Source of the DNA: Thermoanaerobaculia bacterium
GTDB taxonomy: Bacteria > Acidobacteriota > Thermoanaerobaculia > Gp7-AA8
Length of the DNA stretch: 64,000 nt
Reading direction: 5' to 3'
Assembly (NCBI GenBank): GCA_046594105.1
Contig: JBKJQB010000195.1
Location: forward strand, 4,674-68,673
The notes beneath the pieces are model-generated. The model worked only from the letters and a program-made list of their open reading frames with translations, was not told the origin of the DNA and ran no database searches. This document shows, one piece after another, positions 20,608 through 30,248 of the stretch. The position numbers and the translations under genes were made by a program. The stretch's first letter is position 1. Every line of letters begins with the position of its first letter.

Positions 20608-22975
20608 ATCCTGTTGCGACCAGCGCGGCGATTGCGGTCAGCGCGGCCAGCAGCCCGAGGTAGAAGCTTGTGGGGACGTAGTGCACGCGGATGTCCCAGT
20701 CGCCCGGCGGGACGGTGAATCCGAGGAACACTCCGTTCACAGGCTGTGGCTCGATGGACTTGCCGTTCCTGGTGACGCGCCAGCCGCGCCACCATGGCTG
20801 GCTGCTGACGATGAGGGAGTGGCGGGGAGCGTGGACGCGCATGTGGAAGTCGGTTCTGGTGGAGGGGAGGAGAGCGACCGAGGTCTCGGGCGCGGTGAGC
20901 GGGCGCGGGGCGAGCAGGTCCTGGCGCATACGGTCGCTATCGACGGGCAAGACCTTGACCACGGCGGTGTGAGCCCAGTCGGTGTGGCTGGCCAGTTTCG
21001 AGAGATACGGCCCGGCGCGGAATTCGAGCACGATGTTGCGCGCGGCGAAGAAGCGGGGGAGCACATCGCGGTTCTCGAAAATCTCGCCGTCCTTCCCCTG
21101 ATAGACGAGACGATAGCGTGTGGTATCGGCCAGGGTCAGCCCTGGTCTGCCGACGAGGTAGCGGACATTGAGGTAGTCCAGCATCGTGGTCTCGGTGTTG
21201 TCCCACTTCGCGAAGTAATCGAAGTTCACCAGGCCGGTGACCAGTCGCATCAATCCGAGGTAGCGGCCGTTGGCCATCGGATCGTGGGCCCGGATGTCTT
21301 CCAGTCCATAGATGGCGTTGGTGTTCGGGAACAGTGCGGGACCGAGCCCGACGATGCGTACCGGAGTGCGGATTCCCGGGCCAGCCAGTTGCTGGAGCTT
21401 TGCAATCAGAGGAGTGATCGGATACATCGTCCCGGCCGGAAGCACAGGATTCCATCCGGCGCTGGCAGTCCAGAGCTCGGCGATGATGCCGACGGTCAGC
21501 GCGGCGATTCCGATGGCGCGGGTCCTGGCGCTGACGAGCAGCGTGGTCAGAGCGAGGACCAGCACGCTGGGAAGAATGGCCAGCACCGCGGTGTCGCGCA
21601 GCGGCGCACTCGGAAAGTTCGTGGTGGCCAGCAATGCCAGGAGCATCGCCGCGGCGACGGCGCAGCCGGCCAGGAAATCGCTTCGTCGCTCGTTCTGCGC
21701 AATGTCCAGCGCCGCGGCCGTCATCAGCGCAAGCAGAAAACAGAAGAGCAGCCGGAGGCGCGCGTTCGCCGCGAGGCGAAAGATCAGATGGAACAGCCAG
21801 CTCACGACCGGCGAGCCGAGCATCACGGCCACGACGATGACCGTGGCCAGCGCGAAGAAAAGCTCGCGGTTGCGGACCTGACGGCGTCGGATGGTGCGGA
21901 TCAAGAGGGCGAAGAAGGAAGCGATCCCCAGGATGCCGGCGAAACCGGTGATCGACTCCGCCGTGGCCGGGCCCCACGCTTTCTCATACGGAATGTGGCC
22001 GAAGAAAGCCGGCTGGAAGAGGACGACCATCGAGGGGAAGTCGGAGTAAGGAACGGCGTTGGAGACATTCGGCCGCGCCTTGAGGTCGTCGAAACGCTTC
22101 GACTTGGTCACCGTCTCGGCGAAGGTGATGAGGAAGGGGGCGGCGATGATCGCCGCCAGGGCGATGGCCGCGGCCATGGTCAGCATCGAGCGGATGGAGT
22201 CGCGAAACAGTGCCGGCCGTTCGATCATCCCGATCCAGAGAACGTAGATCGCGCAGAGAAAGGTCACATGCGAGACCGTTTCCGGATGGCCGCCGTACAG
22301 CATGGCCGCCCAGACCACCACCGCGAACACGAAGCGCGCGTAGCTTCGGCGCTCCAGCAGAAGGTCGACCGCGAGCAAGGCGGCCGGCAGCCACACCGAG
22401 ACGGTGACGATGGGGAAGTGAAGCCAGGTGTTGTTGAAGGTGCAGAAGGCGAACGAGATCGCCCCGATGATGCTGGGAATCAGGCCGTACCGGCGACGGC
22501 AGAACAGATACATGAAGGTCAGCGCGATCAGCAGCTTCATGGCCGCCTCCGCCGTGAAGGCGTAGCCGAGAGGCAGCGGAAGTGCCAGCAGCCGGAGCGG
22601 CGACATCGCCGAACTCTGTCCGTTGGCCAGCAGCGGATAGCCGCCGCCGGAGAGGTCGTTCCACACCGGAAACTGGAACGATCGCCACGCCTCCCGGGCC
22701 TGATGGGCCCACGGGATGATCTGCATGGTGAGGTCGTTCATCTCCTTGTTGGCCACCGCCTGCTTGTGGAGATAGCCATTCCAGGGCGGAAGGATCTGCA
22801 CGAAGTCTGAAGGGACGTTCACGTACCCCTGGGTCATGGGGCGGAACAGGAAAATCAGAACCAGTGCGTAGAACAGCGCGGCGACGCGCCACGGCAGGAC
22901 CACGCCTTTCCGGCGCGCCCACCAGACCGCAAGAGCATACAAGGCGGCCACATAGGCCCAGGTGCCATTCAACAC
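20588..22975 (-). CDS. YfhO-family integral membrane protein (putative glycosyltransferase)
   Basis: About 795 aa. Many TM helices. The large size and N-terminal polytopic region followed by a C-terminal soluble region fit the YfhO family. Proposed GTG start at the complement of 22973-22975; the start is uncertain. Confidence 0.65.
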   Translation of the reverse strand: MLNGTWAYVAALYALAVWWARRKGVVLPWRVAALFYALVLIFLFRPMTQGYVNVPSDFVQILPPWNGYLHKQAVANKEMNDLTMQIIPWAHQAREAWRSFQFPVWNDLSGGGYPLLANGQSSAMSPLRLLALPLPLGYAFTAEAAMKLLIALTFMYLFCRRRYGLIPSIIGAISFAFCTFNNTWLHFPIVTVSVWLPAALLAVDLLLERRSYARFVFAVVVWAAMLYGGHPETVSHVTFLCAIYVLWIGMIERPALFRDSIRSMLTMAAAIALAAIIAAPFLITFAETVTKSKRFDDLKARPNVSNAVPYSDFPSMVVLFQPAFFGHIPYEKAWGPATAESITGFAGILGIASFFALLIRTIRRRQVRNRELFFALATVIVVAVMLGSPVVSWLFHLIFRLAANARLRLLFCFLLALMTAAALDIAQNERRSDFLAGCAVAAAMLLALLATTNFPSAPLRDTAVLAILPSVLVLALTTLLVSARTRAIGIAALTVGIIAELWTASAGWNPVLPAGTMYPITPLIAKLQQLAGPGIRTPVRIVGLGPALFPNTNAIYGLEDIRAHDPMANGRYLGLMRLVTGLVNFDYFAKWDNTETTMLDYLNVRYLVGRPGLTLADTTRYRLVYQGKDGEIFENRDVLPRFFAARNIVLEFRAGPYLSKLASHTDWAHTAVVKVLPVDSDRMRQDLLAPRPLTAPETSVALLPSTRTDFHMRVHAPRHSLIVSSQPWWRGWRVTRNGKSIEPQPVNGVFLGFTVPPGDWDIRVHYVPTSFYLGLLAALTAIAALVATGWRQRLS

Positions 22976-23044
22976 GGGCGCGGATTCTAGCCCGCATTGG
23001 TCACACCCATCCTGCTGCGGACGCGGAAAGTGGCTCGTCTGTCG

Positions 23045-23188
23045 GATCTTGGCGGAGCCTTGGGCAACCACCAGCACCGCCGGCTGTGCCGGCCGGGGTG
23101 GAGCGTGAGCTTGGCGGAGCCTTGGGCAGCCCTGGAGCGTGATCTTGGCGGAGCCTTGGGCAACCAGCGCCGCCGGTCGTGCCGGCTC
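23045..23188. repeat. repeat family A: three tandem copies of a CTTGGCGGAGCCTTGGGCA(A/G)CC core; first and third extend to about 46 bp
   Basis: Copies at 23045-23094, 23107-23131 and 23141-23188, each preceded by GGAGCGTGA. Sits between the YfhO start and the tyrA stop. Confidence 0.8.
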
Positions 23189-23189
23189 G

Positions 23190-23978
23190 TTACGGTTTCT
23201 GCAGCCGGGACCAGAACTGGTTTGCGTCCGCGAAGGCGGATGCGGGATCGCCTTCCAGAATCTCGCGAGCGAGAGCGGTGATCGCCTCCAGATGGGGGAG
23301 AAGGATCGCCGCATTGGCCTCGAGAACGGGCTTCCAGACTTCCGCGTCGCTGCCGGCCAGTCGCAGGAAGGTGCTCAGGCCGGGACCGGCGAACGAGGTC
23401 AGATCGTCGTCGGGGTTCGCAGGCTGTCGTTGCAGCCAGGCAGCCAGCGCGGTGGACAGCAATTGGGGCAGATGACTGGTCATGGCCAGAGCGGCGTCGT
23501 GCTGAGGCGCCGCAACGAGATGGCTCGAAGCGCCGCACGCGGCGATCATCTCCGCGATGATCGGATCTTCCCGATCCACAAACCAGGTCGCTCCGCGAAA
23601 GAGATCCTCGCGCGCTGCTGCCAGTCCCCGATCTTGCGATCCGGCCAATGGATGACCGGCAATGAAGTTCAGCCCGCGTCGATCCGCGAGCTCGCGAAGG
23701 CGAGACATCACGCTGCCGACGCTGGTCGCCAGCAATCGCTCCGGAACCTGTTCGAGCAGTGTCTGCGCGGCGTCGACCGGCGTGGCCAGTACCAGAAGAT
23801 CATGACCGTGCTCGATGCTGTCAACGCGCTCGTCGGCGGCGCCGGCGCGCAGCGCATCGTCCAGCGAAACGTGGGGATCGAGGTAGCCGACCTGCCAGCC
23901 CGCCCGGCGCAGCGCCATGCCGATCGAGCCACCGATGAGCCCGAGGCCGGCGATCAGCGCCCGACGCGCAGAGGGCAT
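23190..23978 (-). CDS. tyrA: prephenate/arogenate dehydrogenase
   Basis: 262 aa. N-terminal Rossmann motif LIAGLGLIGGSIG. AGHPLAGS catalytic region. Confidence 0.75.
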   Translation of the reverse strand: MPSARRALIAGLGLIGGSIGMALRRAGWQVGYLDPHVSLDDALRAGAADERVDSIEHGHDLLVLATPVDAAQTLLEQVPERLLATSVGSVMSRLRELADRRGLNFIAGHPLAGSQDRGLAAAREDLFRGATWFVDREDPIIAEMIAACGASSHLVAAPQHDAALAMTSHLPQLLSTALAAWLQRQPANPDDDLTSFAGPGLSTFLRLAGSDAEVWKPVLEANAAILLPHLEAITALAREILEGDPASAFADANQFWSRLQKP

Positions 23979-24523
23979 CAGCGACTCATCAGGATGATCG
24001 TCCGGTCGACGACCTGAGAGGTGGTCACATCAAAGTACGGATGCTGGATGGTCACCCGTGGCCGGTACGGCTTCGGATCGATCTCCGCGGCCCGGTAGGC
24101 GCCGACCGCTTTGGTCACGTCGACCTTCAGCTTGATCTTCTCGGTGACGGAGGCGATGGCTTTGACGTCCGTGCCGAGGTCGCCGGTGCGGTAGTAGGCA
24201 GGGGGCTTGGCTGAGCTGAGGTTGTTCGTGGCGTCGGGGGCGATGGTGTTGAAGCCGTACGACTTCGCGTAAAACTCGGCGACCTTCTCGACAGGGGCGT
24301 CGGTGTCGTAGATGGCCATGGGAGGCACTTCGTCGGTGGGACGTGCGGCGTGCCAGGCCTGCTTGGAGACGTCGGTGAGCGGCGCGAGGTAGCGCGAGCC
24401 GGGATAGATGGTGAAGGAGAACGTTGCCGGTTCGTTGACGGTCTCTTTCTTCTCACCTTTGCAACCGGTGAGGCCGACCGTCAGAACGGTCGCAAACAAC
24501 AGCAGCCATGAGACTTTGCGCAT
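23978..24523 (-). CDS. hypothetical lipoprotein
   Basis: MRKVSWLLLFATVLTVGLTGCKGEKK signal peptide with lipobox. Stop overlaps the tyrA start (TGATG). Confidence 0.55.
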   Translation of the reverse strand: MRKVSWLLLFATVLTVGLTGCKGEKKETVNEPATFSFTIYPGSRYLAPLTDVSKQAWHAARPTDEVPPMAIYDTDAPVEKVAEFYAKSYGFNTIAPDATNNLSSAKPPAYYRTGDLGTDVKAIASVTEKIKLKVDVTKAVGAYRAAEIDPKPYRPRVTIQHPYFDVTTSQVVDRTIILMSR

Positions 24524-24603
24524 TTCCTGAACTTGCCTCCGCAGGGTTGGATCCGACCGCGAGCCTATCATACGGAGCGCGGCGCTTCTTCGTCGTGGGG
24601 GCG

Positions 24604-24649
24604 GCCGGCACGGCCGGCGGCGCTGGTTGCCCAAGGCTCCGCCAAGATC
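24604..24649. repeat. repeat family A, inverted copy
   Basis: GCCGGCACGGCCGGCGGCGCTGGTTGCCCAAGGCTCCGCCAAGATC is the reverse complement of 23141-23186 with one mismatch (45/46). Confidence 0.85.
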
Positions 24650-24705
24650 ACGCCCCAAGACTTTCTGCCGCGCAGGTCCTACGGTTTTAGACCCCGCGGG
24701 AAGGG

Positions 24706-25038
24706 TCAGTTTGCGCTGCTGCGGGACGGGTCGAGATACTCGTGGACCGACATCCCCACGACCTCCTCGAAGCGGTCGCCGTACGACCTGATCGTTCCCA
24801 GAGGCTCGTCGAGAAAAATGCGCTCCACCCGGAACAGAGGCACGAACATGGTGATGAGGTCGAGGCCGTGCTCGTCATCGCGCGCGATCTGGCGCAACCA
24901 GTCTTCGAACGAATCGAGATTGATCGCCCGCAGGGTCAATCCGGCTGCGGAAAGCGAAATGAGGATTCCGAAAAATTTCTCTTTCGGATTGACCAGATTC
25001 ACGATCACCACTGCGGAGGGAGCGAATCCTTCGATCAT
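24706..25038 (-). CDS. hypothetical protein
   Basis: 110-aa ORF immediately downstream of mce on the same strand. No recognisable motifs. Confidence 0.35.
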   Translation of the reverse strand: MIEGFAPSAVVIVNLVNPKEKFFGILISLSAAGLTLRAINLDSFEDWLRQIARDDEHGLDLITMFVPLFRVERIFLDEPLGTIRSYGDRFEEVVGMSVHEYLDPSRSSAN

Positions 25039-25055
25039 CGGTCTCCTTCCATCGG

Positions 25056-25457
25056 TCAGCTCTCCTTCTCGCTCAGTTCGATGAGCACGCCGTTGCCCGC
25101 GGCGGGATGCAGAAAGGCCACCCGGCAGCCGTGGGCGCCCGGCACGGGATGCTCGTTGATCAGACGGAACCCCTTCGCCTGCAGATCCCGTAGTTGATTC
25201 TCCAGATCGGTCACCCGGAAGCAGAGATGGTGGATTCCCTCACCGCGCTTCTCGATGAATTTGGCCACGGAGGAGTCCGGCCTGGTGGGCTCCAGAAGCT
25301 CCAGATTGGAGTCGCCGACGGAAAGGAAAGCGGTGCGGACGCCCTGGCTTTCCACCGTCTCGATGTGGTCGATGGAGAGCCCGAGGGCGGCGTAGATACT
25401 CGCCGCTTCGATCGATCGGACGGCGATGCCGATGTGGTCAAGAGTGGGTTTGGTCAT
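25056..25457 (-). CDS. mce: methylmalonyl-CoA epimerase (VOC/glyoxalase family)
   Basis: 133 aa. LDHIGIAVRSIEAA and HHLCFRV metal-binding His/Glu pattern of the VOC fold. Size is typical. Confidence 0.7.
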   Translation of the reverse strand: MTKPTLDHIGIAVRSIEAASIYAALGLSIDHIETVESQGVRTAFLSVGDSNLELLEPTRPDSSVAKFIEKRGEGIHHLCFRVTDLENQLRDLQAKGFRLINEHPVPGAHGCRVAFLHPAAGNGVLIELSEKES

Positions 25458-25482
25458 CGCGCCTGGTTCGCCTCCCGCGACT

Positions 25483-26118
25483 CTACACTCCTCGGGCGTC
25501 CGCTCCCCAGATGTGTTTGTGCAGCTGCGTCTGCAGCCGGGCGGGGAGACGATCTTCCAGGATCCACTCGGCGAGAGGTTTCAGATCCAGCTCCGCCCAG
25601 ACGGGTGAGAAGAGCAACGTCCAGCGCTGGAGGGCACGCTCCCGGATCACGGCGCGGGCCCACTCGTAGTCAGCCCGATCGGCCACCACGAACTTGATCT
25701 CGTCGTGAGGGCGCAGCTCGTCCAGATTGGCCCAGCGATTTTTCTTCGACTCGCCGGAGCCGGGACATTTGATGTCGAGGATGATGCGGGCCCGAGGATC
25801 GACCGGCGTGATGTCGATCGAACCGGACGTCTCGATCAGAACCTGCAGCCCCTCTTCGCAGAGCCGGCGAATCAACTCGAACGCTTCCGGTTGCGCCAGC
25901 GGCTCGCCGCCGGTCACTTCCACCAGAGGGCAGCCGAAGGCGCGGACCGTTTCCAGGACGGCTTCGAGGTCGAGCTTGTCGCCTCCGGTGAAGGTGTATT
26001 CGGAGTCACACCACCGACAACGCAGATTGCATCCAGCCAGACGCACGAAGACGCAGGGCCTTCCGGCGAAGGAGGATTCTCCCTGGATGGAGTAGAAGAT
26101 TTCAGTGACGCGCAGCAT
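25483..26118 (-). CDS. queE: 7-carboxy-7-deazaguanine synthase (radical SAM)
   Basis: 211 aa. IFYSIQGESSFAGRPCVFVRLAGCNLRCRWCDSEYTF contains the CxxxCxxC-variant cluster typical of QueE. Confidence 0.85.
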   Translation of the reverse strand: MLRVTEIFYSIQGESSFAGRPCVFVRLAGCNLRCRWCDSEYTFTGGDKLDLEAVLETVRAFGCPLVEVTGGEPLAQPEAFELIRRLCEEGLQVLIETSGSIDITPVDPRARIILDIKCPGSGESKKNRWANLDELRPHDEIKFVVADRADYEWARAVIRERALQRWTLLFSPVWAELDLKPLAEWILEDRLPARLQTQLHKHIWGADARGV

Positions 26119-26176
26119 GAGCAGGTATCAGAACGCAGAATGCACGGGAGCATTCTCGCTCTTCAGTCCAGAGTGG

Positions 26177-26848
26177 TCAGCTCTGGTAGGTAGTGGGATC
26201 CTCAACGCCTGCTTCTTCGAACCCCCGCCTGCGCAGAATGCAGGAGTCGCAGTGACCGCAGGCGTGGCCCTCGCGGTCGGGGTCGTAACAGGAGTGCGTC
26301 ATGGAGTAGTCGACGCCGAGCTCGACTCCCCTGGCGATGATGGCCGCCTTCGACAGGGTGGCCAGCGGCGCCACGATGGAGGGAACGCCGCGCTCCAGGC
26401 CACTCTTCGTTCCTCGGAGGATGACCTGCTGGAAGGCCTCCAGAAACTCGGGGCGGCAGTCGGGGTATCCGCTGTAGTCGATGGCGTTGACTCCGATCCA
26501 GATCTCGTCAGCGCCGCGCGCTTCAGCAAATCCGAGTGCGACGGAAAGGAAAATCGTGTTGCGTGCGGGAACGTATGTGACCGGGATCCCCGGTCGATCC
26601 GCGGAGTCTTTGGGGACGGCGGTGTCGCTGGTCAGCGCGCTGCCGCCGAACGGCCGCAGGTCGAGCGGGAAGACGATGTGTTCGGCGACCTGCGCGGCGG
26701 AGGCGATGCGATTGGCGGCGACCAGTTCGACGGCATGGCGCTGTCCATAGGCGAAGGACAGCGCGTGGCACACCCGTCCCTGGCTTTGGGCAATGGCCAG
26801 GACGGTGGCGGAATCGAGTCCTCCACTGAGCAGGACGACGGCTTTCAT
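26177..26848 (-). CDS. queC: 7-cyano-7-deazaguanine synthase
   Basis: 223 aa. [17 protein letters not shown]-loop. C-terminal zinc-binding cysteines CGHCDSC. Confidence 0.85.
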   Translation of the reverse strand: MKAVVLLSGGLDSATVLAIAQSQGRVCHALSFAYGQRHAVELVAANRIASAAQVAEHIVFPLDLRPFGGSALTSDTAVPKDSADRPGIPVTYVPARNTIFLSVALGFAEARGADEIWIGVNAIDYSGYPDCRPEFLEAFQQVILRGTKSGLERGVPSIVAPLATLSKAAIIARGVELGVDYSMTHSCYDPDREGHACGHCDSCILRRRGFEEAGVEDPTTYQS

Positions 26849-27213
26849 GAGGCGGAGTGTAGAGCACAGCCTCAGTGGCGTTCATTTGAGACCGGATCGG
26901 GCATCGCTTCCGACGCCGGAGGCGTCGCAGAGGGTAGCCGGTGTGTCGCCGCAGCGACCACCGGATTAGAAGTCGTAAAAATGACGCAGCACCCCGGCGG
27001 GGCGCCAGAAACTTGTCGGACCGTCCCTCAATTTTCATTACCTCGCAGCAGCTCTGCGGCGCCTCCAGCGTCAAAGGCGTCAACCACGAGGAAGGGCCGA
27101 TATCCGCTTGAGTTGAAGCCATTGGAACAAGTTTCGTGCTACGACGTGCTGCAGCGCCGGCTGTGAGGGCGGGCCGCGCTGCCGCCGCCCGCCCTCGCGA
27201 TAGACTCGCCGCC

Positions 27214-28527
27214 ATGGCCGAGCTCAATGTGTACGAACTTCTGAATCGCAAGCGTCGAGGCGCTCCTCTGGAGCCGCGTGAGATTGAGTTGTTCATCGAG
27301 CAGTACACACGCGGTGGCATCCCCGACTACCAGATGTCGGCTCTACTGATGGCCATCGCCATCAACGGCATGATTACCGAGGAGATGGCCACGCTCACGC
27401 AGGCCATGCTCAAGTCGGGCGAGCAATGGCACATGCGCAACGACTACGATTTCATCGCCGACAAGCACTCCACCGGCGGGGTGGGCGACAAGGTGTCTCT
27501 GGTGCTCTCTCCCTGGGTGGCAGCCTGCGGCGTGAAGATCGGCATGCTGTCGGGCCGGGGTCTGGGACACACCGGCGGGACGCTGGACAAGCTCGAAGCG
27601 ATTCCGGGATTCAATGCCCGGCTCTCGCGCGAGGACTTCAATCGCTGCATCCGCGAAGCCGGGTGCGTCATCTCCACATCGACCGAAGGGATTGCTCCCG
27701 CGGACAAGAAGATCTACGCGCTGCGCGATGTCACCGGCACCGTCGAATCGCTGCCGCTGATCACCGCTTCGATCATGTCGAAGAAGCTGGCCATGGGCGC
27801 TTCCGCGTTGATCCTCGACGTAAAAACGGGAAGCGGGGCGTTCATGCGCAACTATCAGGATTCCAAGGCGCTGGCCCAGAGCCTCATCGCTGCGGCGCAC
27901 GGTTCCGGAACCCGTGTCGAGGCGCTCATCACCGACATGGACCGCCCCCTGGGCATCGCTGCCGGCAACGCGAACGAGATCGTCGAGACCATCGAAGTGT
28001 TGAAAGGGAAAGGGCCTGCCCACGTGGAAGAGGTGACGCGCGCGCAGGCGGTGCGGATGCTGGTCATGTCCGGCCAGTTCACCGCAGAGGCGGCGACCAC
28101 CGCGCTTGACGAGGCGCTGCGCTCCGGCCGTGCGTTGGAGCAGGCCCGGAAGTGGATCACTGCGCAGGGTGGCAACGTTGCCATCGTCGACGACTACTCA
28201 CTGCTTCCTCAACCCGGCAAGACCGTCGAGGTCAAAGCCCCGCAGAGCGGGTTCATCACCGCGATGGATACCTACAAAGCGGGCATGTTCACCGTCGACC
28301 TCGGAGCGGGCCGCAAGAAGGCGGATGACGTGATCGACTACGCGGTCGGAGTGATGTTCGATCGCCGGACGGGAGACGAGGTGAAGGCGGGCGACGTGAT
28401 CGCACGCATCCAGCTCGGCAAGTCGCAGCCCGATGCGGAAGAGTTGCGCAAGCGGTTCCTGGCGTTCGTGACGTTCGGCGATGAGCAACCGGAAGCGCGG
28501 CCACTGATCCATGAGCATCTGACGTAG
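27214..28527 (+). CDS. deoA: thymidine / pyrimidine-nucleoside phosphorylase
   Basis: 438 aa. DKHSTGGVGDKVSL phosphate-binding motif. SGRGLGHTGGTLDKLE. Confidence 0.85.
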   Translation: MAELNVYELLNRKRRGAPLEPREIELFIEQYTRGGIPDYQMSALLMAIAINGMITEEMATLTQAMLKSGEQWHMRNDYDFIADKHSTGGVGDKVSLVLSPWVAACGVKIGMLSGRGLGHTGGTLDKLEAIPGFNARLSREDFNRCIREAGCVISTSTEGIAPADKKIYALRDVTGTVESLPLITASIMSKKLAMGASALILDVKTGSGAFMRNYQDSKALAQSLIAAAHGSGTRVEALITDMDRPLGIAAGNANEIVETIEVLKGKGPAHVEEVTRAQAVRMLVMSGQFTAEAATTALDEALRSGRALEQARKWITAQGGNVAIVDDYSLLPQPGKTVEVKAPQSGFITAMDTYKAGMFTVDLGAGRKKADDVIDYAVGVMFDRRTGDEVKAGDVIARIQLGKSQPDAEELRKRFLAFVTFGDEQPEARPLIHEHLT

Positions 28528-28625
28528 GGGGAAGTCTTCCAAGAACTCCCGGGTCTTCTGCGCGGTTGCGAGCGCGCCCGATGGTGGAATCAAGGGGCAG
28601 GAAGCTGAGATCTGTCCCCGATCAA

Positions 28626-28829
28626 CCCGCGACAGCGGGCGCAAGACTGTAGCCCCCGGCGCCAGCCGGGGGATTGCGAAACCACAGTCAGAAACGAGCC
28701 CGCGTAGCGGGCGACAGAAGAGCAACGAAGTCCGGCCGCGATCGCACTCCAGACCTGTTCTGCCGCCCGCTACGCGGGCTCGCATGCGAGGCTCCTCGGT
28801 TGTTCCCCCGGCTCGCGCCGGGGGCTACA
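28626..28829. repeat. compound imperfect palindrome (nested inverted repeats) between convergent deoA and MFS genes
   Basis: Outer arms 28648-28672 and 28805-28829 are reverse complements with one mismatch. Inner arms 28696-28719 and 28758-28781 are reverse complements with one mismatch. Each arm also contains a local hairpin (CCCCCGGC-N4-GCCGGGGG or GCCCGC-N3-GCGGGC). Confidence 0.75.
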
Positions 28830-28905
28830 TTCTGGCGCCGGCTACGCCGGCTCTGGATCGCGCGGTTTCTTTCTCTCAGGCGCAGCGCCGCGCGCTGTCC
28901 CTTGC

Positions 28906-30144
28906 TCAGGAGTCGCCGATCTCGCGCATCTTCCGCAGCCCAGGCGAGGCGCTGGCGATCACTGCCACCACCACCAGCGTCATCACTCCGCCGAAGATCA
29001 CCGAGGGGACAGTGCCGAGGAGGCGGGCGGCGAGGCCGGATTCGAAGGCTCCGATCTCGTTCGATGAGCCGATGAAGATCTGATTGACTGACGAGACGCG
29101 GCCCAGCAGTTCGTGCGGCGTCCGGGTCTGCAGCAGGGTTCCGCGAATGAGCACGCTGACGTTGTCGGCCATCCCGCTGAAGGCGAGGATTCCGAGTGAC
29201 AGATAGAAATTGCGGGACAGGGCGAAGGCAATCATCGAGAGTCCGAAGAGGGCCACGGCGCAGAAGAGGGTCACGCCGGCGCGGCGAAGCGGAGGGCGGT
29301 ACGCCAGGAACACTCCGATGAGCAGCGACCCTGCTGCGGGCGCGGCCCGGAGCAATCCCAGTCCCTGCGGCCCCGCTCCGAGGAGTCTGGCGAAGATCGG
29401 AAGCAGAGCGGTGGCCCCTCCGAATAGAACCGAGAACAGGTCGAGCGTCATCGCGCTCATGAGGACCGGCTGCGCGAACAGGAATCGCAGGCCGGTCTTC
29501 AAGCTCTCGCTCACGCTGTCGTTCGCAGCGGCGCGCGGCTCGCTCTGGTGGGAGATGAACAGCAGCGCAACGATGGCCGCAGCGAACAGCACCAGCACGA
29601 CGGTGTAGGCCAGCACCGCGCCGCCGAACCCGTAGAGCAGACCGCCCGAGGCCGGCCCGACCACCGCTGCGAATTGCCAGGTGGAGGTACGCCAGACCAC
29701 CGCGCTCGCGTAAAGCTCTCTCGGAATCACTTCCGCCGACAACGCGGTCACCGACGGCCGGGTAAAGCTCCTGGCGATGCCGCTGGCGAAGATGACCGCG
29801 TAGATCGGCCAGACATGGCCGGCAGCAAGCATGGAGGGATGCATCGTGAACAGAAGCAGCGCGGCCGCCGACAGGGCGATGCCGATCGTTCCCAGCAAAG
29901 CGATGGCCCGCCGGCTCGCGCGATCCGCCACATGCCCCGCATAAAGGGCAACCGCGATGAACGGCAAGGCTTCGGCCAGGCCGATCAGACCAAGCGACAA
30001 GGGGTCATGGGTGTGCTCGTAAACCTGCCATCCGACGACGACGATCTGCGCCTCGCGCGCGACCGTGCTGGTCCCATAGGCCAGGATGAGCCAGCGGAAG
30101 TTGCGGATGCGGAGGGGTCCGTATGGATCGTGCGCGCGGCTCAT
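28906..30144 (-). CDS. MFS transporter (DHA3/EntS-like)
   Basis: 412 aa with about 12 TM helices. FRWLILAYGTSTVAREAQIVVVGW N-terminus is typical of the MFS_3/enterobactin-exporter-like family. Confidence 0.7.
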   Translation of the reverse strand: MSRAHDPYGPLRIRNFRWLILAYGTSTVAREAQIVVVGWQVYEHTHDPLSLGLIGLAEALPFIAVALYAGHVADRASRRAIALLGTIGIALSAAALLLFTMHPSMLAAGHVWPIYAVIFASGIARSFTRPSVTALSAEVIPRELYASAVVWRTSTWQFAAVVGPASGGLLYGFGGAVLAYTVVLVLFAAAIVALLFISHQSEPRAAANDSVSESLKTGLRFLFAQPVLMSAMTLDLFSVLFGGATALLPIFARLLGAGPQGLGLLRAAPAAGSLLIGVFLAYRPPLRRAGVTLFCAVALFGLSMIAFALSRNFYLSLGILAFSGMADNVSVLIRGTLLQTRTPHELLGRVSSVNQIFIGSSNEIGAFESGLAARLLGTVPSVIFGGVMTLVVVAVIASASPGLRKMREIGDS

Positions 30145-30248
30145 CGGAATGAGCGGCGGAGTCTATGCGAGCGCCGAGGTCCAGGTTTCTCTCCTTGGAC
30201 TCCCGCTGGTTTGGCCTGAGAATCGATCTTGCAAACGGCTGAGCCAGC

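Noticed and set aside
20522-22810. 762-aa plus-strand ORF
   Set aside because: Antisense to the YfhO membrane protein. Gly/Arg/Asp/Glu-rich composition.
26940-27010. A-rich stretch (GTAAAAATGAC) upstream of queC/deoA considered as a possible preQ1 riboswitch
   Set aside because: It is on the strand transcribed toward deoA, not queC. No recognisable preQ1-I consensus (no CCC/CUA...AAAAAACUAA arrangement).
28198-29075. ORFs 28198..28785 (-) and 28674..29075 (+) spanning the deoA-MFS spacer
   Set aside because: They run through the 200-bp palindromic element and into neighbouring genes on the wrong strand. Most likely artefacts of the GC-rich palindrome.
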